From: an uncultured bacterium
GTDB taxonomy: Bacteria; Abyssobacteria; SURF-5
Length of the DNA: 64,000 bases
Assembly: GCA_964607485.1 (NCBI GenBank)
Contig: CAZSKP010000009.1
Location: 14,045 to 78,044, forward strand
Direction of reading: 5' to 3'
The notes under the pieces are model-generated. The model did no database searches. It saw only the letters and a list, made by a program, of their open reading frames with translations, and had not been told where the DNA came from. Shown piece by piece: positions 30,479 through 40,730 of the stretch (its first letter is position 1; each line of letters opens with the position of its first letter). A program made the translations under genes and the position numbers.

Positions 30479-30799
30479 CTGAGTTCTTTTCGGGCGGGGA
30501 CACTCCACCTCTTAGTATACCCCCTGCGGGTCATTTCTGTCAATTCACCCGCAACCCCGAGATGCAAGACCCGGCGGGTCCATGACATAGGGGTATGCCG
30601 ATGTTTCTCACTCTCTCAATTACACACACGCCGCCGGTAAAGTCGGGCTCGGCGGGAAAAAGACGAGGTTTTGTAAGGTCACGCCCCACCGACCGCGATG
30701 GCCGGTCGAGCGGATAGAAATGCGCCGCACATCTGCAGGCCGCGGCCCGCCCGGGCGGCTGAATCCACCCGCATTCCATGGAGTTGTGGTTGACGGAGA

Positions 30800-31207
30800 T
30801 CAGGCACGTGAAATGCGGCGAGAGTTGCCGTATGTCTCGAGCGCCTTCCTTGCAACGCTCAAGATCTCCTGTCCCTTGACGGGTTTGTTGATGTATTCGA
30901 ACGCACCCAGATTCATCAGGTCCATGTACGATTCGACCTCGCCGTAGGCGGTGATGAAGATGACGGGTACTTTCATCTTCTTCCGCTTGATTTCCTCCAT
31001 CAACTCCATTCCGTTCAGGTTGGGCATTCTCAGGTCGGAGATGACGAGGTCAAACACATCTTCCGAGAGCGCTTCGAGGGCTTCACGTCCGTCGGCGGCA
31101 ACGGTCACGTCGTAGCCCGACTTCTCGAACATCTTCTTCATCGCCTTACGGAACTCTTGGTCGTCGTCCACGAGGAGTATCGACTGCTTATCGTTCATCG
31201 ACATCAC
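30800..31207 (-). CDS. Single-domain response regulator receiver (CheY-like)
   Basis: 135 aa; ILLVDDD and DLVISDLRMP receiver motifs. Confidence 0.8.
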   Translation of the reverse strand: MMSMNDKQSILLVDDDQEFRKAMKKMFEKSGYDVTVAADGREALEALSEDVFDLVISDLRMPNLNGMELMEEIKRKKMKVPVIFITAYGEVESYMDLMNLGAFEYINKPVKGQEILSVARKALETYGNSRRISRA

Positions 31208-31231
31208 TCCTTTTCTCCTAATTATAACCAG

Positions 31232-32785
31232 TCAATCCTCAAGTGGCAACTTGAGAAGGAAAGAGGCGCCTTCTCCAGGCTCTGAGTAGAACTCGATGGA
31301 GCCGCCGTGGGCGCCGATGATATCGCGCGCTATCGGAAGGCCCAAGCCGGTGCCCGCCGACTTGGTGCTGAAGAACGGCTCGAACAATTTCTCGGCGTCA
31401 ACGCGCCGGATGCCCGGGCCGGTATCCGAGATGACTATCTCCGCCCAATCGTCCGAAGCGGCCGTGACCGTCTTTATCCTGCCGCCATCCGGCATGGCCT
31501 CTGCGGAATTCTTATACAGGTTCAAAATCGCTTCCTTTATCCGCTCTGTGTCGAAATATATGTTGGGCAGCCTGTCCGAAAAAACGTTCACAAACGCAAT
31601 TTTTCGGGATTCCATCTCCTTGCGCATGAAATCCTGCAGCTCTCTCAGCGTCCGGTGCAGACACTGTCGGCGAAACTGCATCTTCGGGATGCGGGTGTAG
31701 TCGAGGTATTCTCCCGTGATGCGCTCGAGCCGCTCGACCTCCTTCATTACCGACTTAATGAGTTCCCCCACCTCGCTGCTGATTCCGCTCTCGGCAATCT
31801 GCTCCAGCTCGCATTCCAGCATCTCGATATTGAGCCGGATCGATGCGAGCGGGTTCTTCACCTCGTGGGCGATCCCAGCCGTCATCCGCCCGACAACAGC
31901 CAATTTCTCGGCGTGCAGCTCGTTGGCCTGAAGCCGCCTGAGCTCGGTCGTGTCCCTTATGACGGCCGACTTGCCGGTGGGCTTGCCCGTCTCGTCGCGC
32001 ATAAGCGTCCATGTCACGTCGAGATACAGCTTTCGGCCCGTCTTGTCAAGGGCGGGCATTTCACAACTTCTAAGCGACCCGCTCTCGCCTATGCGCTCGC
32101 GGATGTTCTTCAACACCTTCCGGTGGGTACGCTGATCCGGCACAATCAAGGACAAACCCCGGCCGATCGCCTCATGCTCGTCGTATCCGAAGATGGCCTG
32201 GGCCCCGCGGTTCCAGCTTCGGATACGCCCGCGATTGTCAAAACCTATGATCGCATCGGCGGAATTGGTCGCGAGGTTGGCAAGATAATTGGCCTCGTGC
32301 CTCAGCTTCCGCTCCAGGTTCTTCTCCCTGGTGACATCCCGCAGAACGCCGACTACTCCCGCAACCCGGCCCTGGCGGTTCTTCAAGAGCTTCGCCGTGA
32401 GCAGACACTGCAGTTTCCTTCCATCTTTCGCTTTCACCGTCACTTCGCGGTCGTCCACGTGCTCCGATGTCGTAAGTTCGTTCAGGATCCCCTCAATATC
32501 GCCTCTCAGGATAAATTCGGCCGCAGGATGACCAACGGTATCCTCGTGGCAATAGCCGAGCAGTTTTTCCATGGTGGCGCTGTGGCTGGTGATGACTCCG
32601 CGGGCATCGGTCAAAAGAACCGCAATATCGGGAAGCTCTTCCACAAGACGGTCGAGAACCTCGCGTTCCGCCAAGGCAGGGGCGGGTGATTCGGCGTGGC
32701 GGGAACGGCCGGAGAGGGAGCCCAATCCTTTCGTGACGTTCCTCCGGCCCCCCGAGTCATTGCTGTTGCGAGGCAAGTCCGCCAT
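31232..32785 (-). CDS. PAS-domain sensor histidine kinase
   Basis: PAS-like regions, H-box GIAHEVKNPLASI, ATPase DTGPGI and GTGLGLPIA; start at ATG 32785 tentative (ORF track start 32938). Confidence 0.8.
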   Translation of the reverse strand: MADLPRNSNDSGGRRNVTKGLGSLSGRSRHAESPAPALAEREVLDRLVEELPDIAVLLTDARGVITSHSATMEKLLGYCHEDTVGHPAAEFILRGDIEGILNELTTSEHVDDREVTVKAKDGRKLQCLLTAKLLKNRQGRVAGVVGVLRDVTREKNLERKLRHEANYLANLATNSADAIIGFDNRGRIRSWNRGAQAIFGYDEHEAIGRGLSLIVPDQRTHRKVLKNIRERIGESGSLRSCEMPALDKTGRKLYLDVTWTLMRDETGKPTGKSAVIRDTTELRRLQANELHAEKLAVVGRMTAGIAHEVKNPLASIRLNIEMLECELEQIAESGISSEVGELIKSVMKEVERLERITGEYLDYTRIPKMQFRRQCLHRTLRELQDFMRKEMESRKIAFVNVFSDRLPNIYFDTERIKEAILNLYKNSAEAMPDGGRIKTVTAASDDWAEIVISDTGPGIRRVDAEKLFEPFFSTKSAGTGLGLPIARDIIGAHGGSIEFYSEPGEGASFLLKLPLED

Positions 32786-33055
32786 GCGCTGTACTCCGGG
32801 GAACGTGGGGAAAAAGTTGGCCGCCTCGAAAAATAGGAAAAGTGCATAATTATTATACCACCAAATCGTTTGCTGTGAAGTAGATATTTTGAAGAAATCT
32901 CTTTTTTTTCTTGCGAAACGCATCGGGCCTTTCCCCAAAGGTTAACATCTGAACCCAAAAGATAATTGGCGCGATAGAGAGTCTTGAAAGGTGGTTCCTG
33001 AATGGAAACTGAACGGCAGCCGAGGCGACGAGCGGCGATAAGTCGAGCGGCGGGT

Positions 33056-33379
33056 TTACGCGACGTGCGGGCTGGGCCTGTCGAATTGGATGGTCACAGC
33101 GCTTCCGAGTTCAATCATGTCGCCGTGTCGGAGCTTCGTCTCTTCGCTTATCGGCGTTCCGTTCACCGATGTCCCGTTCATGCTCTGAAGGTCGCATATG
33201 TAGTATGCGTCGTCCCTCTTCACGATGCGCGCGTGAGAGCGCGAGACCCCCTCGGACGCTATCTGCATATCGTTCGAGGGAGCGCGACCGAGCGAAACGG
33301 TGTTGGAGACGATGCAACAGGTTTGCGAAGCTAGGCCCTTGATAACAATAAGCTTAGGGACTGCGGACGCGTCATCCAA
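33056..33379 (-). CDS. FHA-domain protein
   Basis: 107 aa; LGRAPSNDMQI...VSRSHARI...NGTSVNG FHA pattern. Confidence 0.65.
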   Translation of the reverse strand: MDDASAVPKLIVIKGLASQTCCIVSNTVSLGRAPSNDMQIASEGVSRSHARIVKRDDAYYICDLQSMNGTSVNGTPISEETKLRHGDMIELGSAVTIQFDRPSPHVA

Positions 33380-33410
33380 GGCGGGCTTCCCCCATCTGCC
33401 GATGCCGGCG

Positions 33411-33686
33411 TCAACCGCCTGCGATTGCGGAAAGGACGGAGATTTCGTCGCCCTCGCTCAGGCGTTCGTCGAGCCTTTCCGGGATATCCAGGCGGTCTCC
33501 GTTCAGGAGAAACGTGGCTCTCCCCTGCTTCACCAGTCCTTTGAAAAATCTTCTGCCGAGCGCCTTCTTCTTGTCCAGACGCGCGAAAACTTTCTTGGGC
33601 GTGTCGTTCTCGATATAGGGTTCCTCGAACGTCCGGTTCAACGGGCTTCCGAGGAACACTCCCGTAACCTTCACTCGAATCGCCAT
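33411..33686 (-). CDS. MoaD/ThiS-like small beta-grasp protein ending in Gly-Gly
   Basis: 91 aa ending AIAGG; immediately downstream of the aldehyde:ferredoxin oxidoreductase gene. Confidence 0.55.
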   Translation of the reverse strand: MAIRVKVTGVFLGSPLNRTFEEPYIENDTPKKVFARLDKKKALGRRFFKGLVKQGRATFLLNGDRLDIPERLDERLSEGDEISVLSAIAGG

Positions 33687-33741
33687 CTCATCCCTGCCGG
33701 CCTATCAGTTCCACGCGCGGCATTCGTTCGACTCGAAGCGC

Positions 33742-35739
33742 TCAATCTCCGTACAAGTCCCTGATCGGGCCGAGCAGGCCAAGAGCCTCAAGCCGCTCCC
33801 TCTTGGGAACGCCCGTTTCGTAGTCCCAGCCGAGCTTGTCGTAGTATCGCGACGCCATCTTGTCGAGGTCGAGCGTGATATTCGCCAGAGGCCCCTTGCT
33901 CAGAGGAGGATAGCCGCCGGCCCTGTTCCTTATCTGCGTGTCGGCGGGCTTTATGCCCTCGCGGACGTTGAAGCAATGTCTGAGGGTGAGTATCCTCTCT
34001 CCGATTCTGAGGGCTTCGTGCGCGTCGATGCTCCAGCCGGTCACCGCGTTTATCATCTCGAACAGCGGGTATTCGCCCACGAGCAGCCCGAACATGCAGA
34101 CGCCGGCGCTGTTGGCGACCTGGACGAACGCGCTGTTGATGGTCTGGAACTCGCCCGCCTTGTCATAGTTGTACTTCGACGATTTCAGCGATACCTGCTT
34201 GACGGGTTTGACTTGCTTGAACTTCTTGTGAAGCTCCATCAGCATGACGTACGTGTCGGAGGAAATGGTGTGCCGGCCGGGGGTCGGCTCCACCTCGTAT
34301 GCGGTGCCGAAGGTGGGGTCGAACCGCGGATCGTGCATCGGCAGCTCCTGGCCGCCCGCATGGACGGCGAACTTCTCGGAGCCCTTCCCTATCTTTTCCG
34401 CCGCACGCTTGACGCCGTCGGCCAGAACGTCGCCGAAGCCCGACCGCGCCGCCAGTTTCTCGGTCATCTTGACGATGGCGTCGGCGTTGCCCCAGGTCAG
34501 CTTCAGGCCGTCCGTGTCCTCGTCGGTTAATAGTCCGTTCTCGTAACATTCGATGGCAAAAGCGATCGTCGCGCCGGCCGAGATGGTGTCCAGCCCGGCT
34601 CGGTTGCATATCTCGTTGGCCGCGATAATCGATTCGAGGTCGTCGTTCAGGCACATCGTCCCGAACGCAGCAAGGGTTTCATACTCGGGCTTGTGGCTTT
34701 CCTCAAGGGCATACTTGCCCTCCTTCACCTTGACGATGCCGCCGCAGCCGAGCGGACAGAACGCGCAGTAGTACTTCTTCTCCTGATACTTTATGAGATT
34801 CTCGTCGCTGATCTTGTACGATTTGGCGCTGACGGGAAAATCGTGGTGACCGCTTCCGCCCCAGTTTTTCACGGGTGAGTCGCCGCTTTCTGCCGAGTAG
34901 GCCGTCATGCCGCCCGTGCCGTAGCGCATGATGAGTTCCTTGTACGTCGCCGGCGGCGTGGCGAAGAGGAACGGGAAATAGCTGCGCACGAGCTTTCCCA
35001 TGAGGTTGATGTTGTCAACCGATGCCTTGTCTTTGAACGGCGGCTTCTTTCGGAATTTCTCCAGGTAACTCTTGCGTATCTTCGAGAACGCATCCGGGTC
35101 GGCCAGTTCGGTCTTCTTGTCGCCGAAAGCCGCAATGGCCTTGAGCCGCTTCGAGCCCATGACCGCGCCCAGGCCCGAGCGTCCTGCCGCCCTGCCCCTG
35201 TCGGTTATCACTCCCGATATAAGCGAGAGCTTCTCGCCCGCGGGACCGATGCAGGCGATCTGGTACTTCTTGTTGCCCAATTTCTCGCGGATAAGGACCT
35301 CGGTCTCGACGCAATCTTTTCCCCAGACGAACGACGCGTCCACAAGCTCGGCCTTGCCCTCGTTGATGACGAGCATCACGGGCTTTTCGGAAATGCCCTT
35401 CACAAAGACGGCGTCGTAGCCCGTGCGCTTGAGCATCGGCGAGAAATAGCCGCCCGAGTTGGAGTCACCCCATGTGCCCGTGAGCGGCGATTTGCCGACG
35501 ACCATGTACCTGCCCGTGAACGGAGCTCCCGTGCCCGTCAAAAGGCCGGTCGTGAAGCCGATGACCGCGTCGGGGCCGAGCGGGTCGGTCTTGGCGGGCT
35601 GGCGGTCGTACACGATTTTCGCGCCCAGCCCGTAGCCGCAGAGAAAGTCGCGATAGGTGAGTTCGTCTATTTCCTCATCCCATATCTTGCCCGTGCTCAG
35701 GTCGGCCCACAGCACCTTTCCCATATATCCGGAAGGCAT
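33742..35739 (-). CDS. Aldehyde:ferredoxin oxidoreductase (tungsten-containing AOR family)
   Basis: 665 aa; AOR N-terminal domain and C-terminal cofactor-binding region with CAFCPLGCGG; AAAGGAG RBS before ATG 35739. Confidence 0.9.
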   Translation of the reverse strand: MPSGYMGKVLWADLSTGKIWDEEIDELTYRDFLCGYGLGAKIVYDRQPAKTDPLGPDAVIGFTTGLLTGTGAPFTGRYMVVGKSPLTGTWGDSNSGGYFSPMLKRTGYDAVFVKGISEKPVMLVINEGKAELVDASFVWGKDCVETEVLIREKLGNKKYQIACIGPAGEKLSLISGVITDRGRAAGRSGLGAVMGSKRLKAIAAFGDKKTELADPDAFSKIRKSYLEKFRKKPPFKDKASVDNINLMGKLVRSYFPFLFATPPATYKELIMRYGTGGMTAYSAESGDSPVKNWGGSGHHDFPVSAKSYKISDENLIKYQEKKYYCAFCPLGCGGIVKVKEGKYALEESHKPEYETLAAFGTMCLNDDLESIIAANEICNRAGLDTISAGATIAFAIECYENGLLTDEDTDGLKLTWGNADAIVKMTEKLAARSGFGDVLADGVKRAAEKIGKGSEKFAVHAGGQELPMHDPRFDPTFGTAYEVEPTPGRHTISSDTYVMLMELHKKFKQVKPVKQVSLKSSKYNYDKAGEFQTINSAFVQVANSAGVCMFGLLVGEYPLFEMINAVTGWSIDAHEALRIGERILTLRHCFNVREGIKPADTQIRNRAGGYPPLSKGPLANITLDLDKMASRYYDKLGWDYETGVPKRERLEALGLLGPIRDLYGD

Positions 35740-35887
35740 GAACGGCTCCTTTCATAGCGTTGCGCGAACAGTACCCAATGCAGCCATTATAGCATGTTTA
35801 TTGGAGAGCTTAAGAGTCCTCGCACCTAAATCGTAAGTCCAATATAGATAGTTAGTTATAGGGAAAAGTTGGCTGTGTCCCCATTTA

Positions 35888-36637
35888 TTATTCTTGGCCA
35901 CGTCTAGGCAAATCTTCCAGAGATAGAACGGGACACTTCCGCTTACCCAGATTGGCCAAAGTTTCTGCCAACTCTGTTGCCTCTAGATTCCTACCATGTA
36001 GTTCATAGAACCTGAGCAAGTCATTTCTGGCAGCAATAGAAGGCAGAGATACACACCCCTTCTCATTTGTGATGCGATCAGCAACCGAAATGCTCTTATG
36101 GTAACACGCCTCGGCACTTTCCAGGTCCCATAAGATCACGTACAAGTCGGCTGCCAATATATAACTCGAATAACTTAAGCGCCAATTTTCATATTCTTCG
36201 TAAATTTCTGCGGCCTCTACAAAAGCGTTCGCCGCATTCTTAAGTCGCAAATGGCCACAATCAGCAGCAATATGGCCCAACTTATTGTCTAGCTCGGCGC
36301 GTAGTTCTGGGGAATCGCTCTCACTTAGCCTGCTGATACTCCTTTCAAGCAAATCTATGGCATCATCATATCTGCCAAGTGAATATAGTTTGTCGGCCTC
36401 GGCGATAGTTTTCACCGAGAACTGTTCCAAACACTCTTGGCGAGCACTTCTCTCAAAGAATTCATCCGATTTCTCGCAAATTTCTTCGCCATACTCCTCC
36501 TGGCTATCATCAGCTGAGACTTTTGGCTGCCAGAAGACGCATACCAACACAGCTATCCAAAGAGCCCAAACCACGCCTCTTTTGGTTGATGTAGTTGATG
36601 GGGTCAAATCTTTAGCCTTGCATGTCGAGCTTATCAA
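35888..36637 (-). CDS. Secreted or membrane-anchored helical-repeat (TPR-like) protein, function unknown
   Basis: 249 aa in a lower-GC stretch; N-terminal hydrophobic segment VVWALWIAVLVCVFW then acidic, helix-rich repeats. Confidence 0.4.
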   Translation of the reverse strand: MISSTCKAKDLTPSTTSTKRGVVWALWIAVLVCVFWQPKVSADDSQEEYGEEICEKSDEFFERSARQECLEQFSVKTIAEADKLYSLGRYDDAIDLLERSISRLSESDSPELRAELDNKLGHIAADCGHLRLKNAANAFVEAAEIYEEYENWRLSYSSYILAADLYVILWDLESAEACYHKSISVADRITNEKGCVSLPSIAARNDLLRFYELHGRNLEATELAETLANLGKRKCPVLSLEDLPRRGQE

Positions 36638-36713
36638 CGAATTTTGGCTATCGCAGGTTAACCAATTCTAGCATGGGCACAAGGTGCTGTCAATCGCAGT
36701 AGCCGTGCCTCGT

Positions 36714-37946
36714 TCAGTCGAAAATTTCCATTGTCTCGAGCTTGTTCTTGAGAATCTGGAGGAAGCGGGCGGCGGGAGCGCCGTCAACGACGCGGTGGTC
36801 GAATGAGAGCGAGAGTTTCATGATAAGAGCGACCTCGATTTTGTCGTCTTTGACGACCGGCTTCTTCACAATCGAGCCGACGCCTATTATCGCCGCCTCG
36901 GGAAGGTTGACGATGGGGGTGAAACAATCGATGTCGTATGCGCCGAGGTTCGATACGGTGATGCTGCTGCCGGTGACATCGTCCACCTGCAAACGGCCCG
37001 CACGAGCCTTCTCGATGAGCGCCGCCGAGTCCCGGGCGATGGCCTGCAAATCTTTCTTGTCGGCGTCCTTTATCGAAACGGTGATGAGTCCGTCGTCGAG
37101 GGCGACCGCGAGCCCGATATTGACGTCGGCATGCTTGCGGAGCTTGTCGCCTTCGAGCGAGACGTTGAGCTTCGGATACTCACGCATTGCCGACGCGGTC
37201 GCCTTTACGAGAATCGTGTTGAACGAGAGGTCGGCGCCGGCGTCGCGCTTGAAGGATTCCCTGTGCTCTTGCCGGTAGCCGACGGCGCGGGTCATGTCCA
37301 CCTCGGCGAAATGGACAACGCGCGCGACCGTGCGGGCGCTGCGGGCCATGTTGTCGCCTATCGAGCGGCGCATCTTGCCCACTGGCACGCTCTCGCCGGG
37401 GCGACCCTCGATGACGAAGCCCTTCGGGACGCCTTCGGCCCCGGCCTTCGCCTCTTCAACGGCGCGGAGCACATCCTCGCGGACAATCCTTCCGTCCGGG
37501 CCGGTTCCCTTGATAAGCGACAAATCTATCCCGTGCTCTTTGGCCAGTCTCCTCGCGGCGGGGGACACCTTGACCTCGGCCTCGGCTCTCTCCTCCTCCG
37601 GCTCCGAGGCGGCCTCCTTCAGGGCCTGTTTCTCTTCCCACTGCTCGCGCGTCATAGCGACGGCCCTCGTCTCGGCAATTATCTCATCGAGGTTCGGTAT
37701 TTCCTCAGCGGGTTCCGCGATGACGGCGATCGTCTTGCCGCAGGGTATTACCTCGCCTTCGACGGCGATAATTTTGCGGACCACGCCGGATGCGGGCGAC
37801 TCGATCAGCGTGGTCACCTTGTCCGACTCGATTTCGAGAAGGTCCTCGCCCTTCTCGACGCGTTCGCCTTCGTCCTTGTGCCAGAGCACCACGAGCCCCT
37901 CTCTCATCACGAGGCCCAGCTTCGGCATCACAACCTTTGTCGCCAT
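36714..37946 (-). CDS. 2-oxo acid dehydrogenase E2 component (dihydrolipoamide acyltransferase)
   Basis: Starts MATKVVMPKLG at internal ATG 37946; lipoyl motif EIESDKVT, E3-binding region, catalytic DHRVVDGA. Confidence 0.9.
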   Translation of the reverse strand: MATKVVMPKLGLVMREGLVVLWHKDEGERVEKGEDLLEIESDKVTTLIESPASGVVRKIIAVEGEVIPCGKTIAVIAEPAEEIPNLDEIIAETRAVAMTREQWEEKQALKEAASEPEEERAEAEVKVSPAARRLAKEHGIDLSLIKGTGPDGRIVREDVLRAVEEAKAGAEGVPKGFVIEGRPGESVPVGKMRRSIGDNMARSARTVARVVHFAEVDMTRAVGYRQEHRESFKRDAGADLSFNTILVKATASAMREYPKLNVSLEGDKLRKHADVNIGLAVALDDGLITVSIKDADKKDLQAIARDSAALIEKARAGRLQVDDVTGSSITVSNLGAYDIDCFTPIVNLPEAAIIGVGSIVKKPVVKDDKIEVALIMKLSLSFDHRVVDGAPAARFLQILKNKLETMEIFD

Positions 37947-37948
37947 TC

Positions 37949-39916
37949 CTATTCTCCCATCAGGCTGCGGACGGCCTGCTCGAGCCTGTCCTCGTCGGGG
38001 ATGACCGTTTGTTCGAGCGATGGCGCGAACGGAACCGGCGTATCCAGCGCAGCGACCCTCTCGATGGGCGCGTCGAGATAGTCGAACGCCTCCTTTGCCG
38101 CGATGGCGGCCACCTCGGCGCCGAACCCGCCCGTGAGGCATCCCTCTTCGGCTATGATCAGCCGGCCCGTCTTCTTGACCGAATCGATGATTGTTTTCTT
38201 GTCGAGCGGCGCGAGGGTGCGCGGGTCTATCACCTCGATGGAAATTCCGTCGCGCTGCAACCGTTCGGCGACGCCCAGCGCCTTCGCCACCATTGCCGAG
38301 ACGGCGACAACGGTCACGTCTTTGCCGGCGCGCTTGATGTCGGCCTTGCCGAACGGAATCGTGTATTCGCCCGTGGGAACCTCGCCGGAGTTGAAGTACA
38401 TCGCCTTGTTCTCGAAGAACAGCACCGGATTGTCCGACCGGATGGCCGTCGTGAGCAGGCCCTTCGCGTCGCGCGGCGTCGAAGGAACGGCGATTACCAA
38501 GCCCGGCACGTGCATCAGCAACGCCTCGAGGCTCTGCGAATGCTGGGCGGCGGCGGAGAAACCCGCGCCCATGTTGGTGCGTATGACGAGCGGCATCTTC
38601 ACCTGGCCGCCGGTCATGAAGCGGAGCTTTGCGGCCTGATTGATGATGGGGTCCATGCAGCACGTGAGAAAATCGGAAAACTCTATTTCCGCCACAGGCC
38701 TGAGGCCGGTCATCGCCGCGCCCACGGCGGCACCGGCTATTATATTTTCGCTGATGGGCGTATCGAGCACGCGTTCCTCGCCGAACTCCTCGACGAGACC
38801 GGCGGTGACGCCGAAGACGCCGATGGTCACATCTTCTCCGAGCACTACCACGCTCGGGTCGCGACTCATCTCGTCGCGCAGCGTCTGCTGAACGGCCAGT
38901 GCGAGCGGGATGTCCTCCTTCTCGTTCGACGCCGCCGCACTCTGCGAGACCGTTTCAGTGGAATAGACGTTCTGCGTCACGGTTGCGGGGTCGGGGTCGG
39001 GACTCTCATCGGCGAACTTGACTGCGTCCCTGACCGCGCCATCGACGGATTCGTCAATGGCGTCCAGTTCCCCTTCCTTCGCGACGCCTTCAGCGACGAG
39101 CTTGGCGCGGAAATTGGCGATCGGGCATTTCTCTTTCCACTCCTCGACCTCCTCGTCGCTCCTGTACGAATACACGTCGCCCTCGTAGTGGCCCATCCAC
39201 CGATAGGTCTTGCACTCGATGAGCGTGGGCCCCTTGCCCGAGCGCGCCCTCTCGACGGCCTGCTCAGTCGCCGCCTTGACGGCCATGACATCGTTGCCGT
39301 CAACTATGACGCCGGGGATTCCGTACGCCGCGGCCTTGTCGGCGATGTCGGCAACCTTTGAATGTTTCGCGTACGGCGTGAACTGACCGTACAGATTATT
39401 CTCGCAGACGAAGACGACCGGCAGGTTCCACACGGAGGCGAGGTTGACGCTCTCATGAAACATCCCCTCTGTGGTCGCGTCGTCTCCGAAGAAGCAGGCG
39501 ACAACCTGCTTGCTCTTTCGCACCTTAACGCTCAGGCCGGCTCCGGCGGCGATCTGGGTCCCCGCGCCGACGATTCCGTTTGCGCCGAGAATGCCCAGGC
39601 CGACATCGACGATGTGCATCGAGCCGCCCCTGCCGTGGCAGTAGCCCGTTTCTTTTCCGTAAAGCTCGGCCATCATCTTGTTCAGGTCGCCGCCCTTGGC
39701 GATCAGGTGGCCGTGGCCTCGGTGGGTGCTCGTTATGTAGTCGTCGTCGTTCAGGCCGGCGCAGACCCCCACCGCGACCGCCTCCTGCCCCGTGTACAGA
39801 TGCACGAAGCCGGGAATGCAGCCGTTGGCAAACTGGACAGAAACCTCCTCCTCGAACTTGCGGAGTTCCTGCATCGATTTGTACAGTCTCAGAAGTTGCT
39901 CTTTCGATGAAGTCAT
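37949..39916 (-). CDS. 2-oxo acid dehydrogenase E1 component, fused alpha and beta subunits
   Basis: Alpha-like TPP motifs (GDDATTEGMFHESVNLA, VCENNLYGQ) and beta-like half (VVLGEDV..., EIEFSDF) in one 655-codon frame; ATG 39916 with GGAGG upstream. Confidence 0.9.
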   Translation of the reverse strand: MTSSKEQLLRLYKSMQELRKFEEEVSVQFANGCIPGFVHLYTGQEAVAVGVCAGLNDDDYITSTHRGHGHLIAKGGDLNKMMAELYGKETGYCHGRGGSMHIVDVGLGILGANGIVGAGTQIAAGAGLSVKVRKSKQVVACFFGDDATTEGMFHESVNLASVWNLPVVFVCENNLYGQFTPYAKHSKVADIADKAAAYGIPGVIVDGNDVMAVKAATEQAVERARSGKGPTLIECKTYRWMGHYEGDVYSYRSDEEVEEWKEKCPIANFRAKLVAEGVAKEGELDAIDESVDGAVRDAVKFADESPDPDPATVTQNVYSTETVSQSAAASNEKEDIPLALAVQQTLRDEMSRDPSVVVLGEDVTIGVFGVTAGLVEEFGEERVLDTPISENIIAGAAVGAAMTGLRPVAEIEFSDFLTCCMDPIINQAAKLRFMTGGQVKMPLVIRTNMGAGFSAAAQHSQSLEALLMHVPGLVIAVPSTPRDAKGLLTTAIRSDNPVLFFENKAMYFNSGEVPTGEYTIPFGKADIKRAGKDVTVVAVSAMVAKALGVAERLQRDGISIEVIDPRTLAPLDKKTIIDSVKKTGRLIIAEEGCLTGGFGAEVAAIAAKEAFDYLDAPIERVAALDTPVPFAPSLEQTVIPDEDRLEQAVRSLMGE

Positions 39917-40006
39917 GTAGCACGTGCCTCCGTAATCGTTACTCACGCGGGAGAGTGTGTTTGTCCTCACAACGCGAGAGGCTGCGCCCACGCAGTTGTC
40001 CCGGAC

Positions 40007-40696
40007 TCACCATTGCGAGGAATATTCCTCGGGCAGTTGTTCTCTCAAGGCAGTCATACCTGCTTTGACAATGCCGGTCATCTCGGAGACTCTCCTTCCC
40101 ACACTCTCGGCGCACATGAGTCCTTCCTGGTCCTCAAGCACCTTGTCTTTGGCGAACGGGTCAAGCCCTCCGCCCGTATATGCAGCAGCGCCGATGTAGC
40201 TTCCCATCAACGTATCGCCCGATACAACGACGCCGTTCAGCATCAGACAACTGGCCAGCAGAAACGTCAAGACATTGTCCTGCCCGCCATACCGGTGGCC
40301 GCCGTTCGTGACAACCCCGCATACCTTGCTGAACCTGGGCATCATCTGCCCCTTGTGCAGATAGTGACAGAGGGTCAGGTTGCCCAGCCTATCGAGCAGC
40401 GCCTTCATCGAGGCCGGCACCGACATATGATAGACGGGCGCGCCCCAGATGACGCCGTCAGTGTCCAGGTATATCTTGATAAAATCCTGCAGATCGTCCT
40501 CGAAGACACATTCACCTTTTTCGAGGCACTTGTAGCAACTGATGCAGTGATGCACCTTCTTGCCGGCGAGCTGATAGAGGGTCGTTTCGACGCCGGGCAG
40601 GCTGTTGGCTCCCTCAAGGGCTTTCGCCACAAGTTTGGCGGTGTTGCCGTCCTTGCGCGGGCTTCCCGAAACCCCGAGGATTCTCAGGCTCTCCAT
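40007..40696 (-). CDS. NADPH-dependent FMN reductase / iron-sulfur flavoprotein (Isf-like)
   Basis: Starts MESLRILGVSGSPRKDGNT at ATG 40696 (GGAGG RBS); Cys cluster HHCISCYKCLEKGEC. Confidence 0.7.
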   Translation of the reverse strand: MESLRILGVSGSPRKDGNTAKLVAKALEGANSLPGVETTLYQLAGKKVHHCISCYKCLEKGECVFEDDLQDFIKIYLDTDGVIWGAPVYHMSVPASMKALLDRLGNLTLCHYLHKGQMMPRFSKVCGVVTNGGHRYGGQDNVLTFLLASCLMLNGVVVSGDTLMGSYIGAAAYTGGGLDPFAKDKVLEDQEGLMCAESVGRRVSEMTGIVKAGMTALREQLPEEYSSQW

Positions 40697-40730
40697 GTTC
40701 AGCCTCCTGCCGCCAGGGGCGAGCGATGGC

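Noticed and set aside
37947-38663. N-terminal extensions of ORF-track entries (first 239 codons of 36714-38663; also first 113 codons of 5062-6054 and first 28 of 13108-14559)
   Set aside because: The extensions overlap the upstream gene and are compositionally junk; internal ATGs with RBS and homology-consistent N-termini were used instead.
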